Assembly: GCA_963714275.1 (NCBI GenBank)
Contig: CAVQNT010000007.1
Span: forward strand, 64,001-128,000
Direction: 5' to 3'
Source of the DNA: Candidatus Bathyarchaeota archaeon
GTDB lineage: Archaea > Thermoproteota > Bathyarchaeia > Bathyarchaeales > DTEX01
Length of the DNA stretch: 64,000 nt
Both the position numbers and the translations under genes were made by a program. Below are positions 11,109-20,901 of the stretch, piece after piece (position 1 is the stretch's first letter; the number at the start of each line of letters is the position of its first letter). The notes under the pieces are model-generated. The model did no database searches. It was not told the DNA's origin and saw nothing but the letters and a program-made list of their open reading frames with translations.

Positions 11109-12578
11109 TCATCCTACCCTTTCATTTTGTTTAAAGAAGTATCGGGTCTGCCCCATCGTTTGGACGTTCATTGGCTTAACCTTAACTACGATGGGGAAGT
11201 CTTTAACCACCTTTCCAAGAACAAGACAGTGGTGCGGCGGCAGGTCTCGAACAATCGATGTTGCGGTTTCAGCGTCAACCCTTGCAGCTCGAGACACTAT
11301 TTCAAGGTCATGCTCGTTGACGAAATTGAGGAGAAAAATGTTGTCAGCTTGGCGGTAAATGTTCTCGTTGATTGTGTTCGGCTGGTTAGTCACGAAGGTC
11401 GTGAACAGTCCGAAGTGCCTCATCCTCGTGACAGCGTCGTCCCAGTAGGTTTCTCTAAGGTACAAATGCGCCTCCTCAGCGAACAGGAAAACCGCCCTAA
11501 TCTTCCATTCGGAAAGGACATCCTGAAGTTTAGCCAAAACAAACTCGACGACCATTTGCCTGTCAGCGGGGGATGTGTCGCTCAAGTTGATGACTATTGC
11601 TCCGCCACCGCTGCTTTCAGATTTCTTTAGAAGAGCCTCCAAGTCCATGGCTTCAGCCATGTTGTCTGTGAAAAACCCCGAATGAACGAGCGAGTAATAA
11701 CGCGAGTACAACGCGTCTCGAACGTGCTGGTTGCATTTCCACCTGTTGATGGCTCCGCCTAGCTCGTGCAAGGTTACTGTTCCGCTCTCTTCCAGAGCTC
11801 GCCAAATGTGACGGAATTCCCGAGTCGAGGTTCCCGGCAAACTCAACGCATAAGTCAGAATTCTCATGACAACGTACAGGTTTGTCTGGTATAGGGTTAC
11901 CTTAAAGTTTTGGCCAGGAGACAGAACGTGGATTTTTTCGTGATGTTCGTTTTTGGTTCCATCCTCTGTTAGACCAAGGTTTGTGTATTCGCCATTGATG
12001 TCCAGGACTACAATTGTGGCTCCGTGTTGAACAAGACCGAGAACGAGTAGCTTCGAAAGATGCGACTTTCCTGTGCCCTTCTTGCCCGTGATTATGTTCA
12101 GCCGTCCATCCATCTCGCACGCGTCTATGCTTAGGGGCGTCATGTCTTGGGTTGTGCCGAGGTCTATGCGTAGCCCCTTTGTTATGTTTGCCAGTTTGAG
12201 AAGAGCTGATGTTTGTAGCTTATGTATACTTGATTGCGTGCGTGAGGGAAGCCAATTGTTCTCTGGGTCGATTTTTCCATCGAACACTGTGCCGTATATT
12301 TTGCAGACAAGCAACCTTGCGTCCTGAATGTAGAGTATGTGTGACATGATGTCCATGGGATCAGCGTCTTCGCCTTTGGCTGAATCGTCAGTATCAGGGG
12401 AACGTAGAAGCTCCTCCATCACTCCTGGCACATTGGCGAACTGAACGTCGATGACTTGGGCAATCATCGCTTTTCCAGGTTTTTTGTCCTCGATGAGAAG
12501 ATATTCTCCTTTTTCGACGTCTTCACCTGGGAAACTTAACACATTCAACGTGTTGCCTACTTTTTTGAAGAGCCGCAT
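11109..12578 (-). CDS. herA: HerA/FtsK-family ATPase (DUF87); likely start MRLFKK at 12578
   Basis: N-terminal barrel region, Walker A GKKGTGKS, Walker B FAEEAH, RMRHFG and TNQP. Confidence 0.82.
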   Translation of the reverse strand: MRLFKKVGNTLNVLSFPGEDVEKGEYLLIEDKKPGKAMIAQVIDVQFANVPGVMEELLRSPDTDDSAKGEDADPMDIMSHILYIQDARLLVCKIYGTVFDGKIDPENNWLPSRTQSSIHKLQTSALLKLANITKGLRIDLGTTQDMTPLSIDACEMDGRLNIITGKKGTGKSHLSKLLVLGLVQHGATIVVLDINGEYTNLGLTEDGTKNEHHEKIHVLSPGQNFKVTLYQTNLYVVMRILTYALSLPGTSTREFRHIWRALEESGTVTLHELGGAINRWKCNQHVRDALYSRYYSLVHSGFFTDNMAEAMDLEALLKKSESSGGGAIVINLSDTSPADRQMVVEFVLAKLQDVLSEWKIRAVFLFAEEAHLYLRETYWDDAVTRMRHFGLFTTFVTNQPNTINENIYRQADNIFLLNFVNEHDLEIVSRAARVDAETATSIVRDLPPHHCLVLGKVVKDFPIVVKVKPMNVQTMGQTRYFFKQNERVG

Positions 12579-12582
12579 TTTC

Positions 12583-13677
12583 TTAATCCTCAAATCCAGT
12601 TCCATACGGTCCAAACAGAGCCTTCCGCATGCTATAGCGTGGCATAATCCTAAGTCCATACTCGTGTGTCAGGAAACTTTGGATGCCTATAACGTCGTTT
12701 GCCGTAAAAGTCGAGTAGATGTGTGCTAGGCGGAGGGATTCGGGGTATCCTTGATACAATAGTTCGTTACCGAGAAGCTTCTGAACCGACTTCATACCGT
12801 CTTCCCTCATGAGTGCTCTGTCAATATCCAGACGGAAGGCAGAACCATTGACTGCCAGCTTAGCCACGTACATCCTACCGAGTAGATGCGAGTTTTTCGA
12901 TATCGACAACGGAAGGTCCTCGACCTCGAAAAGGCACGGTCCCTCCCGTTTCGCAACCAAATCGGTGATTCGCCAACCTAAAAATCTGATTGACGTAACC
13001 TTGGAGAAGGCAAGAACCGAGTTATGCTGGCTTCTCGCTGTTTTAAGAACGTAAGAAACATCGTTTAATGTGCTTCCAGGGAAACCTGCTGTTAAGGAGC
13101 CGTCCCAAAGAATGATGCTATCGTTCGCGGAATACGAGATGCTTGCTTGAATCCACCTTTCAACCAGACTGCAAAGTCTGCCGATGGTTTCAGATAAAGG
13201 CAAAGGACGATAATTCGTTTCTGGGAAAAAACTGCTGTTGAGGTTGCTGAAGAGTTCACGTTTGTTTTCTTCCGTTATGTGGAAGGGAAAGGGACCTATT
13301 CTAAGGTGCCTGTAACGACGGTTCAGGTTCCACACAACAGCCCCTCTGACTGCGCAAAGGATGCCTGTTTCTGTTTCCCCAATCTTGATGCCGGACACGT
13401 CTATGCCGACAACGGGTGTGCCATCTTGAATAGGCTTTAATGGCGTTAAAAGTGTTGAAAGCGTTTTTCCCTCTAGGTCTAGTGGGGTGTTCGTCTGTGG
13501 CTTTTGTGCCATGTTCACTAGTAGTTCTGTGTCGAACGGTTGAAACGTTTTCTCTTTTATCGTGTGCATTGTTCTGAGGCTTGCTTCCAGCAGTTTTTTG
13601 TGAAGTTCCGCGTCGTGTTCGATTTGTGGAAAGTTATATCTTGATGTTGTTGCATACTGTAATTGTTCAATCAACAA
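12583..13677 (-). CDS. nurA: NurA-family nuclease
   Basis: VGIDVS, WDGSL, AFSK and GYPESLRLAH motifs; directly upstream of the HerA-like gene. Confidence 0.82.
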   Translation of the reverse strand: MLIEQLQYATTSRYNFPQIEHDAELHKKLLEASLRTMHTIKEKTFQPFDTELLVNMAQKPQTNTPLDLEGKTLSTLLTPLKPIQDGTPVVGIDVSGIKIGETETGILCAVRGAVVWNLNRRYRHLRIGPFPFHITEENKRELFSNLNSSFFPETNYRPLPLSETIGRLCSLVERWIQASISYSANDSIILWDGSLTAGFPGSTLNDVSYVLKTARSQHNSVLAFSKVTSIRFLGWRITDLVAKREGPCLFEVEDLPLSISKNSHLLGRMYVAKLAVNGSAFRLDIDRALMREDGMKSVQKLLGNELLYQGYPESLRLAHIYSTFTANDVIGIQSFLTHEYGLRIMPRYSMRKALFGPYGTGFED

Positions 13678-13803
13678 TATTCACCAATTTACAATTAATG
13701 CTTCATGTTGGTATATAAATATTGCGCATGTTCAACTTGAACAATACAATAAACAATATAAGTATCGGCGACCAAGGCAAAGAACAATGTACGTGAGCGA
13801 CAA

Positions 13804-14241
13804 ATGACCAGCGAAATAGGAGAAAAAACGGAAGCAAACAAGCCTTTAGTCCACATAAAGATGAAGGTCGGAAGCATAGAGTTCGAGCTGGATTGCAGAG
13901 AGGACCAAGTTCAAGAAATGGTGCAAAAAGTCCTTGCTAGCGTGACAGAATACGCAAGTAAAACCGTGAACATTCCGGTTGAAAGACCTTCGCTTCCGGC
14001 AAGAGCTGACACATGCAGGGACATTGCGGAAAGGCTTTGGAAGGACGACTTCTTTGCTGAGCCCAAGTTACTGGGGGACGTCCACGAGGAGATGACGAGA
14101 ATCGGTTACCACTTCGACCGGACAGCTGTTTCGCACGTTCTCCGCGACATGGTCAGGGACGGCATCATCACCAGAGAAGGGAAACCCCGAGGCTACCTTT
14201 ACGTGCAGAAACGTCCCCCAAGCCCAACTCCCAACAGTTAA
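13804..14241 (+). CDS. Hypothetical protein: N-terminal beta-hairpin/helix plus C-terminal winged helix
   Basis: IKMKVGSIEFEL at the N-terminus; VSHVLRDMVRDGIITREG..RGYLY wHTH-like C-terminus. Confidence 0.75.
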   Translation: MTSEIGEKTEANKPLVHIKMKVGSIEFELDCREDQVQEMVQKVLASVTEYASKTVNIPVERPSLPARADTCRDIAERLWKDDFFAEPKLLGDVHEEMTRIGYHFDRTAVSHVLRDMVRDGIITREGKPRGYLYVQKRPPSPTPNS

Positions 14242-14290
14242 CGATTACTACTTTTTCTGAGATTTTAAAAGGAAACAGAAGCCCTCAGAC

Positions 14291-14433
14291 TAACAATTCT
14301 CGCGCTCGAGCTCTGATTTGTTTAACAACCGAAAAAACATTTTGAACAACACATCGGAATAGACCTATCTGATTTGTGTAACAACAGATTTTCAATTTTG
14401 TGTAACAAATGCTTGTTAGGGGATATTGTGTAA
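14291..14433. repeat. Intergenic repeat array with TTGT-N3-ACAA core
   Basis: TCTGATTTGT(T/G)TAACAAC at 14312 and 14368; TTTTGTGTAACAA at 14396; partial copies at 14291, 14341 and 14425. Confidence 0.7.
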
Positions 14434-14471
14434 GTTCCTTTTTAACCTGAGACCAGAAGGAAAACCTTTTT

Positions 14472-14966
14472 TTATGTTGGCTGCTTTTCGCTAAACATGT
14501 CTTCGGTTTTTTTTATGCCCAGAATTGTTAGTTTGTATTCGCCTTCGATTGTTCTTTCCGTAAGTCCGTCAGCAACTAGCCTCGGTACTTCGTTTGATAT
14601 GGTTTTCCGCGCTTTTCCAGTAATCTTAGCAAGGTCGCTCGAAGACAATGACTCTACAGGTAGCTTACCAAGTTTGTATCCAACATAAGCTCCCAATAGG
14701 GTAATGCAGACTGCGTCCCTTGCTGACAAGTCAGACCCGGAAACAAGGATTGGTCCTTCAGCCGTAATTTCCACGCGTCCGACAAGTTTCGCAGCAAGGT
14801 TGGTCACATCAGGAGTGTAGACGAGTTTTCGGAGAATCTCCAAGTTGGGGTACACTTCAGACAAGAATCGAACCATGAACTCGAACGCTTGATTTACGTC
14901 GCCATCGCAGTCAACCTTAACCTCGCCAAACTCAAGGTGAACCCTAAGATAGTGCTGTTCATTCAT
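14472..14966 (-). CDS. Hypothetical winged-helix protein (paralogue of the adjacent gene)
   Basis: LS...LAKITGK..KTI...RL...GL..R...GEY.LT..G wHTH pattern. Confidence 0.78.
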   Translation of the reverse strand: MNEQHYLRVHLEFGEVKVDCDGDVNQAFEFMVRFLSEVYPNLEILRKLVYTPDVTNLAAKLVGRVEITAEGPILVSGSDLSARDAVCITLLGAYVGYKLGKLPVESLSSSDLAKITGKARKTISNEVPRLVADGLTERTIEGEYKLTILGIKKTEDMFSEKQPT

Positions 14967-14968
14967 GC

Positions 14969-15488
14969 CTAGGCGTCCTCCCTTGGTTTGAGTTTTGGAA
15001 CAATCTCATCCAGAAAGGCTTTCGTGCCAAAGGTTGTTATGCGGTATTCGCCGCGTCCGACACGCTCAACCCACCCTAAGCTTGTCAGCCTCGCTTAACC
15101 GAGCTCCGACGGTTCCGGATTTTCCTCCAGTCAAAGCCAATATTTCAGCCATCGTTAGAGAGTCTTTTTCGATTCTTCCAGTCTTGTAACCTACGTAGGA
15201 CTTGACAAGGTGCAAAAGAATGATGTCCCTTTCTCCACCTAGTTTGTCCTTAGAAACTGTAACGACAATTCCCTCGGGCGTAAAGGCGATCAATCCTTTA
15301 ATTTCCTTTAACAAGTTCTCCAAGTCAACTGTCAGGGTCAGACCTGAAACAATCTCATAACCTGGCAGAACCTGTCTAACATAATTCAGCATGGTCCTGA
15401 TAACTTGGTCTGGCTTTCCAGTGAACTTGGTTTCAATGCCCTTGTATTTTACGACGACTTCAAGGTCGCTTTCTTCTTTACTCAACAT
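14969..15488 (-). CDS. Hypothetical winged-helix protein, frameshift near 15090
   Basis: The alternate frame continues ...LTSLGWVERVGRGEYRITTFG... to TAG at 14969; similar to the 14472-14966 protein along its length. Confidence 0.75.
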
Positions 15489-15671
15489 AATACTCTCCGC
15501 CCGATTAATCAGATGTCAAAGCAAACATGTTGCTTAAGACATATTTGTGTCTCAATATGAAGTGCATGGTTTAAAAGATTTACCGCACAGCTGAATATTG
15601 TCGTGAAATCCTTTCTTTATAGTCATGTGCGCATTTTCGTCGTGTCATGTTTTTATGTTAGAAGATAGAAG

Positions 15672-16389
15672 ATGGTGATGAGTGAGCCAATTTTGAGCGA
15701 AGCTAAAGTGTTTCCGAGACGGCTGAGTTTCCCAAAGATATGCGACATTCTGATAGGCTACCTGAACTCTGATGCCGACAGCCAGTACGTGGGCGTAAGC
15801 GAAGTCGTCGAAAAATCCAGTGTCACACTTCACAACATCAGCCGAAACAACAACTTCCTGAAAAGCTGGAACTTCGTTGAAGAAAACGAACATGAACCCG
15901 GAAAATATAAGCCTGCGCCGCGAAGCCGCTGAATTCGCTTATGCGTATCGAATTGATCCGAACAGCGAACAGACAAGGCAGATGCTTAACAGGTTTCTAT
16001 CTAAAAACCCGGTTCTGACAGCCTTCGTTGAACGGGTTCAGCGGGAAAACCTTAGCCGAGAAACAATTCTGATTGAACTTCCTCGTGTCGTTGGCGACCT
16101 TAGAGCCGACAAGGTTGGACTCACAGCATTTCTTGACATGATTGCGTACGCTTTTCAGATTGGCGAGATATCTGCGCCAATTAAAGCCTTGAGACAGCCG
16201 AGAGAAACCAGAAGAATATCACGACAAACAACAAAGGCTAAGATTGTAACACCAAATATTGTTACACAGTCTCCGACACCGAATATTGCAATAAATATAA
16301 CGGTGAGTCCCGAGATGCCCCCTGAAAAGCTCAAAGCATACGTAAAAGCGATGCTGGAAGCCTACGACGAGTACTACAAAAAAGAATAG
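15672..16389 (+). CDS. DUF5343-like protein (wHTH N-terminus, NIAINITVSPE C-terminal motif), frameshift near 15912
   Basis: Two overlapping ORFs join at GKYK/LRREAA; the C-terminus resembles the DUF5343 tail as recalled, not searched. Confidence 0.6.
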
Positions 16390-16484
16390 AAGAATTTGCG
16401 AACTGGTCGTTTATAGTTTTCCTCTTGCGTTTCAGCCATATCTAGAATCTCTTTTGGTGCCATGCTTTTTAATGGGGTGCTCCT

Positions 16485-18383
16485 TTACTTGTTTTTGGGC
16501 AATTTCTCCTTAAGGGCTCTACTAACTTGTTCAGGCTGAACTTTACCCCTGTATTCCCGCATCACGAGACCCATAAGAAACCCGAAAGCATCCGCACCCC
16601 TTTCTCCTACAACCTCATCATTCTTGCTCACAATGTCATCGATTATACGTGCCAATTCCTGTTCAGAAATCATTGACAAGCCCAAAGCCTTGACAGCTTC
16701 AGAAGGGATGCTGCCTTCGTGTTGAGCAAGCCACGAAATGATGTTCGGGACTGCTTCTTTTGGCGTCTTCCCCGCGTCCACGAGCTGAAAAACCTCCATT
16801 AACTGGTCATCAGAAACCTTGCCAACCTCGACTCCGTCTCTCTTTAGGGCTTTAAAAGTCTCCGTGAACGCAGCGGCAATAAAAGTGGATGATACGCTAG
16901 TCTTTCCCGCAATCTCCTCGAAAAGGTTCAGATACTCGGAGTCTTGAATCTGTCGAGCTATTTTCTCGTTTAAACCGTAATTCTTGATGATTCTTTGAGC
17001 CATCTTCTCAGGTGGTTCAGGAAGCCTGGAACGTAACTGCTTAATGTAATCGTCAGTGATTCCGATGGGCGGGACATCCGTCTCAGGATACATCCGAGCT
17101 GCGCCGGGTCTTGGTCTCATGTAACGCGTTGTTCCATCGGGATTCGCTGCACGGGTCTCCTCTGGAACGCCCTTTAGAGCTTCTCGGGCTCTTTCAACCG
17201 CTGCACGCAATGCGTCAACTGCGTTCTCTTTAGTATCAGCAACCAAAACAATGGCATCAACCATTTCAGCGTTCAACGTTTGCCTGAGTTTACGTATCTC
17301 GTCGTCAGATACTCCATACGAGGGAAGTTCGTCCGTGTGGAGGATGCCGCCTACGCGCCCCCAGAACCTCGCCCGATCCGCAATTTCGGTTCCTAACCTC
17401 AAGTTTGGCACGAGTTCGGTTCCCAGCAGACCCGCGAATTTGGGCAGCTTAACAGCAAAAACCCGTTTTCCTTGACCTAAGGCTTTTTGTATGATGTGGC
17501 AGTCAGTTTTTATGAAGGCTGAAGTTACATCGACAAGGTCCTCCGAAAAACCATCTTGCTGCAGTCCACGTTTCTTCAATTCATCCCTTATTTCGAGAAG
17601 CTTGATCTGGCGTTGGACCTCAAGTTTAACAACAAGCGCAATGATCTCCAGCTCTTGGACTCCCTTTATTTCGATCAATGTGCCGTCTCTGATTGACACG
17701 TTAAGGTCTTGCCTTATCGTCCCGAGACCCCGCTTTACTTTTCGGGTAGTCCGTAAAATCCGTCCTACTGCCAGAGCCACATTTTCCGCTTCTTCAGGCG
17801 TGTATATGACTGGACCCGTCGTTATCTCGATTAAGGGCACGCAAAGCCTGTCGATGCGGTAACGAACCGTTAAACCTTCTGCTCCCGTCTTCCGCGCAGC
17901 ATCTTCCTCAAGGCTTACGTGCTGTATCGGAATCTTTTTTCCGTTAACCGTTATGGCTCCGTCCAATCCGACGACGCACGTCCGCTGGAAGCCCGTTGTG
18001 TTTGAGCCGTCGATTACAACTTTCCGCATCACGTGAACCTCGTCGACTGGTTTCACGTCCATCATCAAAGCTGTCACAAGCGCGGTTTCAAGGGCTTCGC
18101 GGTTCAGCTCGTGCGGAGGCTCCTCGTCCATCTCCACGAGGCACGACGTTCCGCTGTCCGCTTCGTACAATATTTTTAAGCCCTTCTGAAACTCGAAGAA
18201 GGCAGCTGGGTCGGTTTGCCCCAGTTCGCTTTGGGTCGGTCTGAGTCTCCGCAGAAACGTGATTTCGGGTTCTCCCTTGAAAAGGTTAGGTTTGCAGGCG
18301 CAAAAGAGCTTCTCGCGCGTGGCGAGCTGCTGGTGACATTCCAAGCCAACCTTCAAGCCGACAGCGGAAAAGTCGACGTTCAA
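16485..18383 (-). CDS. gatE: Glu-tRNA(Gln) amidotransferase subunit E
   Basis: GLECHQQL, IDGSNTTGFQRT, RGLGTIRQD and RPGAARMYPETD motifs. Confidence 0.97.
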   Translation of the reverse strand: MNVDFSAVGLKVGLECHQQLATREKLFCACKPNLFKGEPEITFLRRLRPTQSELGQTDPAAFFEFQKGLKILYEADSGTSCLVEMDEEPPHELNREALETALVTALMMDVKPVDEVHVMRKVVIDGSNTTGFQRTCVVGLDGAITVNGKKIPIQHVSLEEDAARKTGAEGLTVRYRIDRLCVPLIEITTGPVIYTPEEAENVALAVGRILRTTRKVKRGLGTIRQDLNVSIRDGTLIEIKGVQELEIIALVVKLEVQRQIKLLEIRDELKKRGLQQDGFSEDLVDVTSAFIKTDCHIIQKALGQGKRVFAVKLPKFAGLLGTELVPNLRLGTEIADRARFWGRVGGILHTDELPSYGVSDDEIRKLRQTLNAEMVDAIVLVADTKENAVDALRAAVERAREALKGVPEETRAANPDGTTRYMRPRPGAARMYPETDVPPIGITDDYIKQLRSRLPEPPEKMAQRIIKNYGLNEKIARQIQDSEYLNLFEEIAGKTSVSSTFIAAAFTETFKALKRDGVEVGKVSDDQLMEVFQLVDAGKTPKEAVPNIISWLAQHEGSIPSEAVKALGLSMISEQELARIIDDIVSKNDEVVGERGADAFGFLMGLVMREYRGKVQPEQVSRALKEKLPKNK

Positions 18384-18388
18384 CCTTA

Positions 18389-19748
18389 TTATGTCTCCTT
18401 CTGTGTTTGTTTCGTGTCTGGCGACTTCGACTGTTCAATTGATCTTTCGGAAATTTCGTGGACCAAGTTTGTTGTGAGAAGCTTCTTGGCTTCATCAATG
18501 TCCTGTTTTTGCCCTAGGCTCCACATGAGCTTGACAAGAGCTGTCTCCGTCAGCATGTCCTGAAGCGGGATGACGCCCATCGCGACTAGGTCTCGACCGT
18601 TAGTGTAGACATTCATGTTCACCCTTCCCCAAATGCACTGCGAAGTCATGGCAACTATCACATTGTTGCCAATGGCTCTTTTGATAGAGGAAAAACATTC
18701 TTGGCGAACGTGTCCAAGCCCTGTTCCTTCTATAATGATGCCTTTGTAGCCAGCCTTCGACGTGCCAATCGATCACCTTCGGGTTCATGCCGGGGTAAAA
18801 TTTGATTAACGCAACTTTCTCTTCGAATTCAGGCTTCAAAACGAGCTTTCGTTCTTTGCTTCTCGGCTGGTAATCCTCAGTTAACATCACGATTTGACCG
18901 TTTGAGACTTTGGCGACTGGCTGAGCGTTCACGGTTTTGAAGGCATCACGTCGGCTTGTGTGAAGCTTCCTCACTTTTGTCCCACGATGCAACACAACAG
19001 CCTCGTCGGAGACGGACTCGTGCATGGCAACAGCGACCTCAGCAAATGGTGCCTTGGAAGCAGCTAAGACGGCGCCGACGAGGTTTAGGGCTGCGTCTGA
19101 GCTCGGTCGGTCCTCGGACCTCTGTGCGCCAACAAGAATAACGGGTACAGGAAGGTTCTGAAGCGCAAAGCTTAGGGCTGCTGAGGTGTAGCCCATAGTG
19201 TCGGTGCCGTGGGTCACCACTACCCCGTCTGTCCCGTTGCGGATGTGTTTTGCCACTGTTTCAGCGGTTTTTATCCAATGCTTTGGCGTCAGGTCTTCGC
19301 TGAAGACGCTGAAAAGTATCTCTGTGTCTACCACCGCCAAGTTTGACAGTTCGGGCACTATGCTGTAGAGGTCTCTCGCTGAGATTGCGGGTCTAACGGC
19401 GCCTGTCCTGTAATCCACCCTGCTGGCTATGGTTCCCCCCGTGCTGACGATTGTTACTTTAGGAAGGCTTCGGTTCTGTTCAGGCAAATCTGGCGGCGTG
19501 AAGGATGGTCTTCTTTCGGCGCCAATCTTCGTAATTTTTGTTATAGACGTTACTTCGACTCCGACATTGTATCCCGATTTTATCTTGATCACGACGTGTT
19601 TGTCGTCTCCAAGTTCCGACCTTGGAATCAGGATGCCTTCATACGTGGACTTATCTTTGGTTACGCGTATGAGGTCTCCTACCTCAGCTTTGGAGTCAAG
19701 GAGAACATCTAGCGCCCTTCCTTTATAACCTAGAAGTTTTTCGCTCAA
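18389..19748 (-). CDS. gatD: Glu-tRNA(Gln) amidotransferase subunit D, frameshift near 18750
   Basis: TGGTIASRVDYRTG, HGTDT, GAQRS.DRPSSD and VRKLHTSRRDAF; C-terminus DMLTETALVKLMW in a second frame. Confidence 0.95.
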
Positions 19749-19913
19749 ACTTCATTCTTCCGTAAAGGTTCAAACGTTGCGTTTCATGATATATTGGATG
19801 GTTTATTCTTATATGGATAAGCTTAAAAATATCCAATAGAGTTTTGCGACTTCCAAGAATGCCATAATTTATTATTGAATGACGCTGAGCCTTAATGTTG
19901 TCGAAGCAAGGAC

Positions 19914-20180
19914 TTAGGCTTGTATGACTTTGTAGACTGCGTCACCTTCTCTGACCCTATTTGCCACTTTAAGTCCTATACTTTGACCCGCCTGAGCTGA
20001 GGGCATGTTCGTGTGTTCTATTTGCATGGAGGACACTGTTTGTTCGAAGTCGGTTGTTGAGCCCTGTAACACAATTCTGTCACCAACCGTTAATGTTCCG
20101 CTTAACTCTATCACTGCGACTCCGATTTTCGTGAAGAAATGACCAACCTTGCCGATTTTCTTTAACTGCCTTTCAGACAT
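19914..20180 (-). CDS. Small translation-elongation-factor domain II-like beta-barrel protein
   Basis: IGKV.HFF.KIGVA...L.VGD.I...G.TTDFEQ.V.SMQI pattern. Confidence 0.75.
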   Translation of the reverse strand: MSERQLKKIGKVGHFFTKIGVAVIELSGTLTVGDRIVLQGSTTDFEQTVSSMQIEHTNMPSAQAGQSIGLKVANRVREGDAVYKVIQA

Positions 20181-20352
20181 GTCATCTACCCTACGTTTCT
20201 GATTATCTTGAATTGTGCTTAAATGATTTACCATTCCTAAACTTTGTTTTATTGGCTATGTTTGTTTGCTGTTGAGTAATTTTATTGTTAAGCTAATATC
20301 GATAACCTTAAAGCCAAATATAATAAAATTTAATGAATGTAAGTGACCATTT

Positions 20353-20601
20353 ATGTCCGCAGAAAAGGATGTTCTCCCAAAAATGAATGAGGAATGCGCC
20401 AATGTACTGAAATCCATAGTTTTGGCTCTTGACAGTCCCCTTTCGTACCAGCAGACTCAGGCACGGGCACTATTGGATGTTCTGTACGAAAAGAAATGCA
20501 AAGAAGCTTTAGGCTGGATACACGAAAAATACGGTAATCACCCAGCGGTTCATGTGCAAAAAATCGCTAAACGGGCTCAAGAATTCTATAACCGCCTATG
20601 A
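20353..20601 (+). CDS. Small helical hypothetical protein
   Basis: 82-aa ORF with an AT-rich upstream region. Confidence 0.6.
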   Translation: MSAEKDVLPKMNEECANVLKSIVLALDSPLSYQQTQARALLDVLYEKKCKEALGWIHEKYGNHPAVHVQKIAKRAQEFYNRL

Positions 20602-20901
20602 AAAACAAACGGTACAAACGATGCTGGTTCCTGTTCTCCGAATTTTGTTACTATAGGGACTAGACAAATTTTTTAAAATATAATAAAGCTAAAAAAAGTG
20701 ATGGCGTATAATATTTTTTTTGTTATAAAGGATGCTACTGCCTGAAGGTTTGTGTATCGTTCGACGAACTGGTTGCCTTTATCGGTCGTCTGTATCCTTC
20801 TTTCCACTCACCATATTTTGGAAATAGTAAAACCGTTTTTCCATGCTTCGCAACGCCATTATTTTGATTCACATTCCTAGGTATTTTCATTTGTGCTCTT
20901 G

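Noticed and set aside
20715-20815. Possible winged-helix gene remnant (…TTDKGNQFVERY… on the minus strand)
   Set aside because: Only ~25 codons with no intact start; too little to call.
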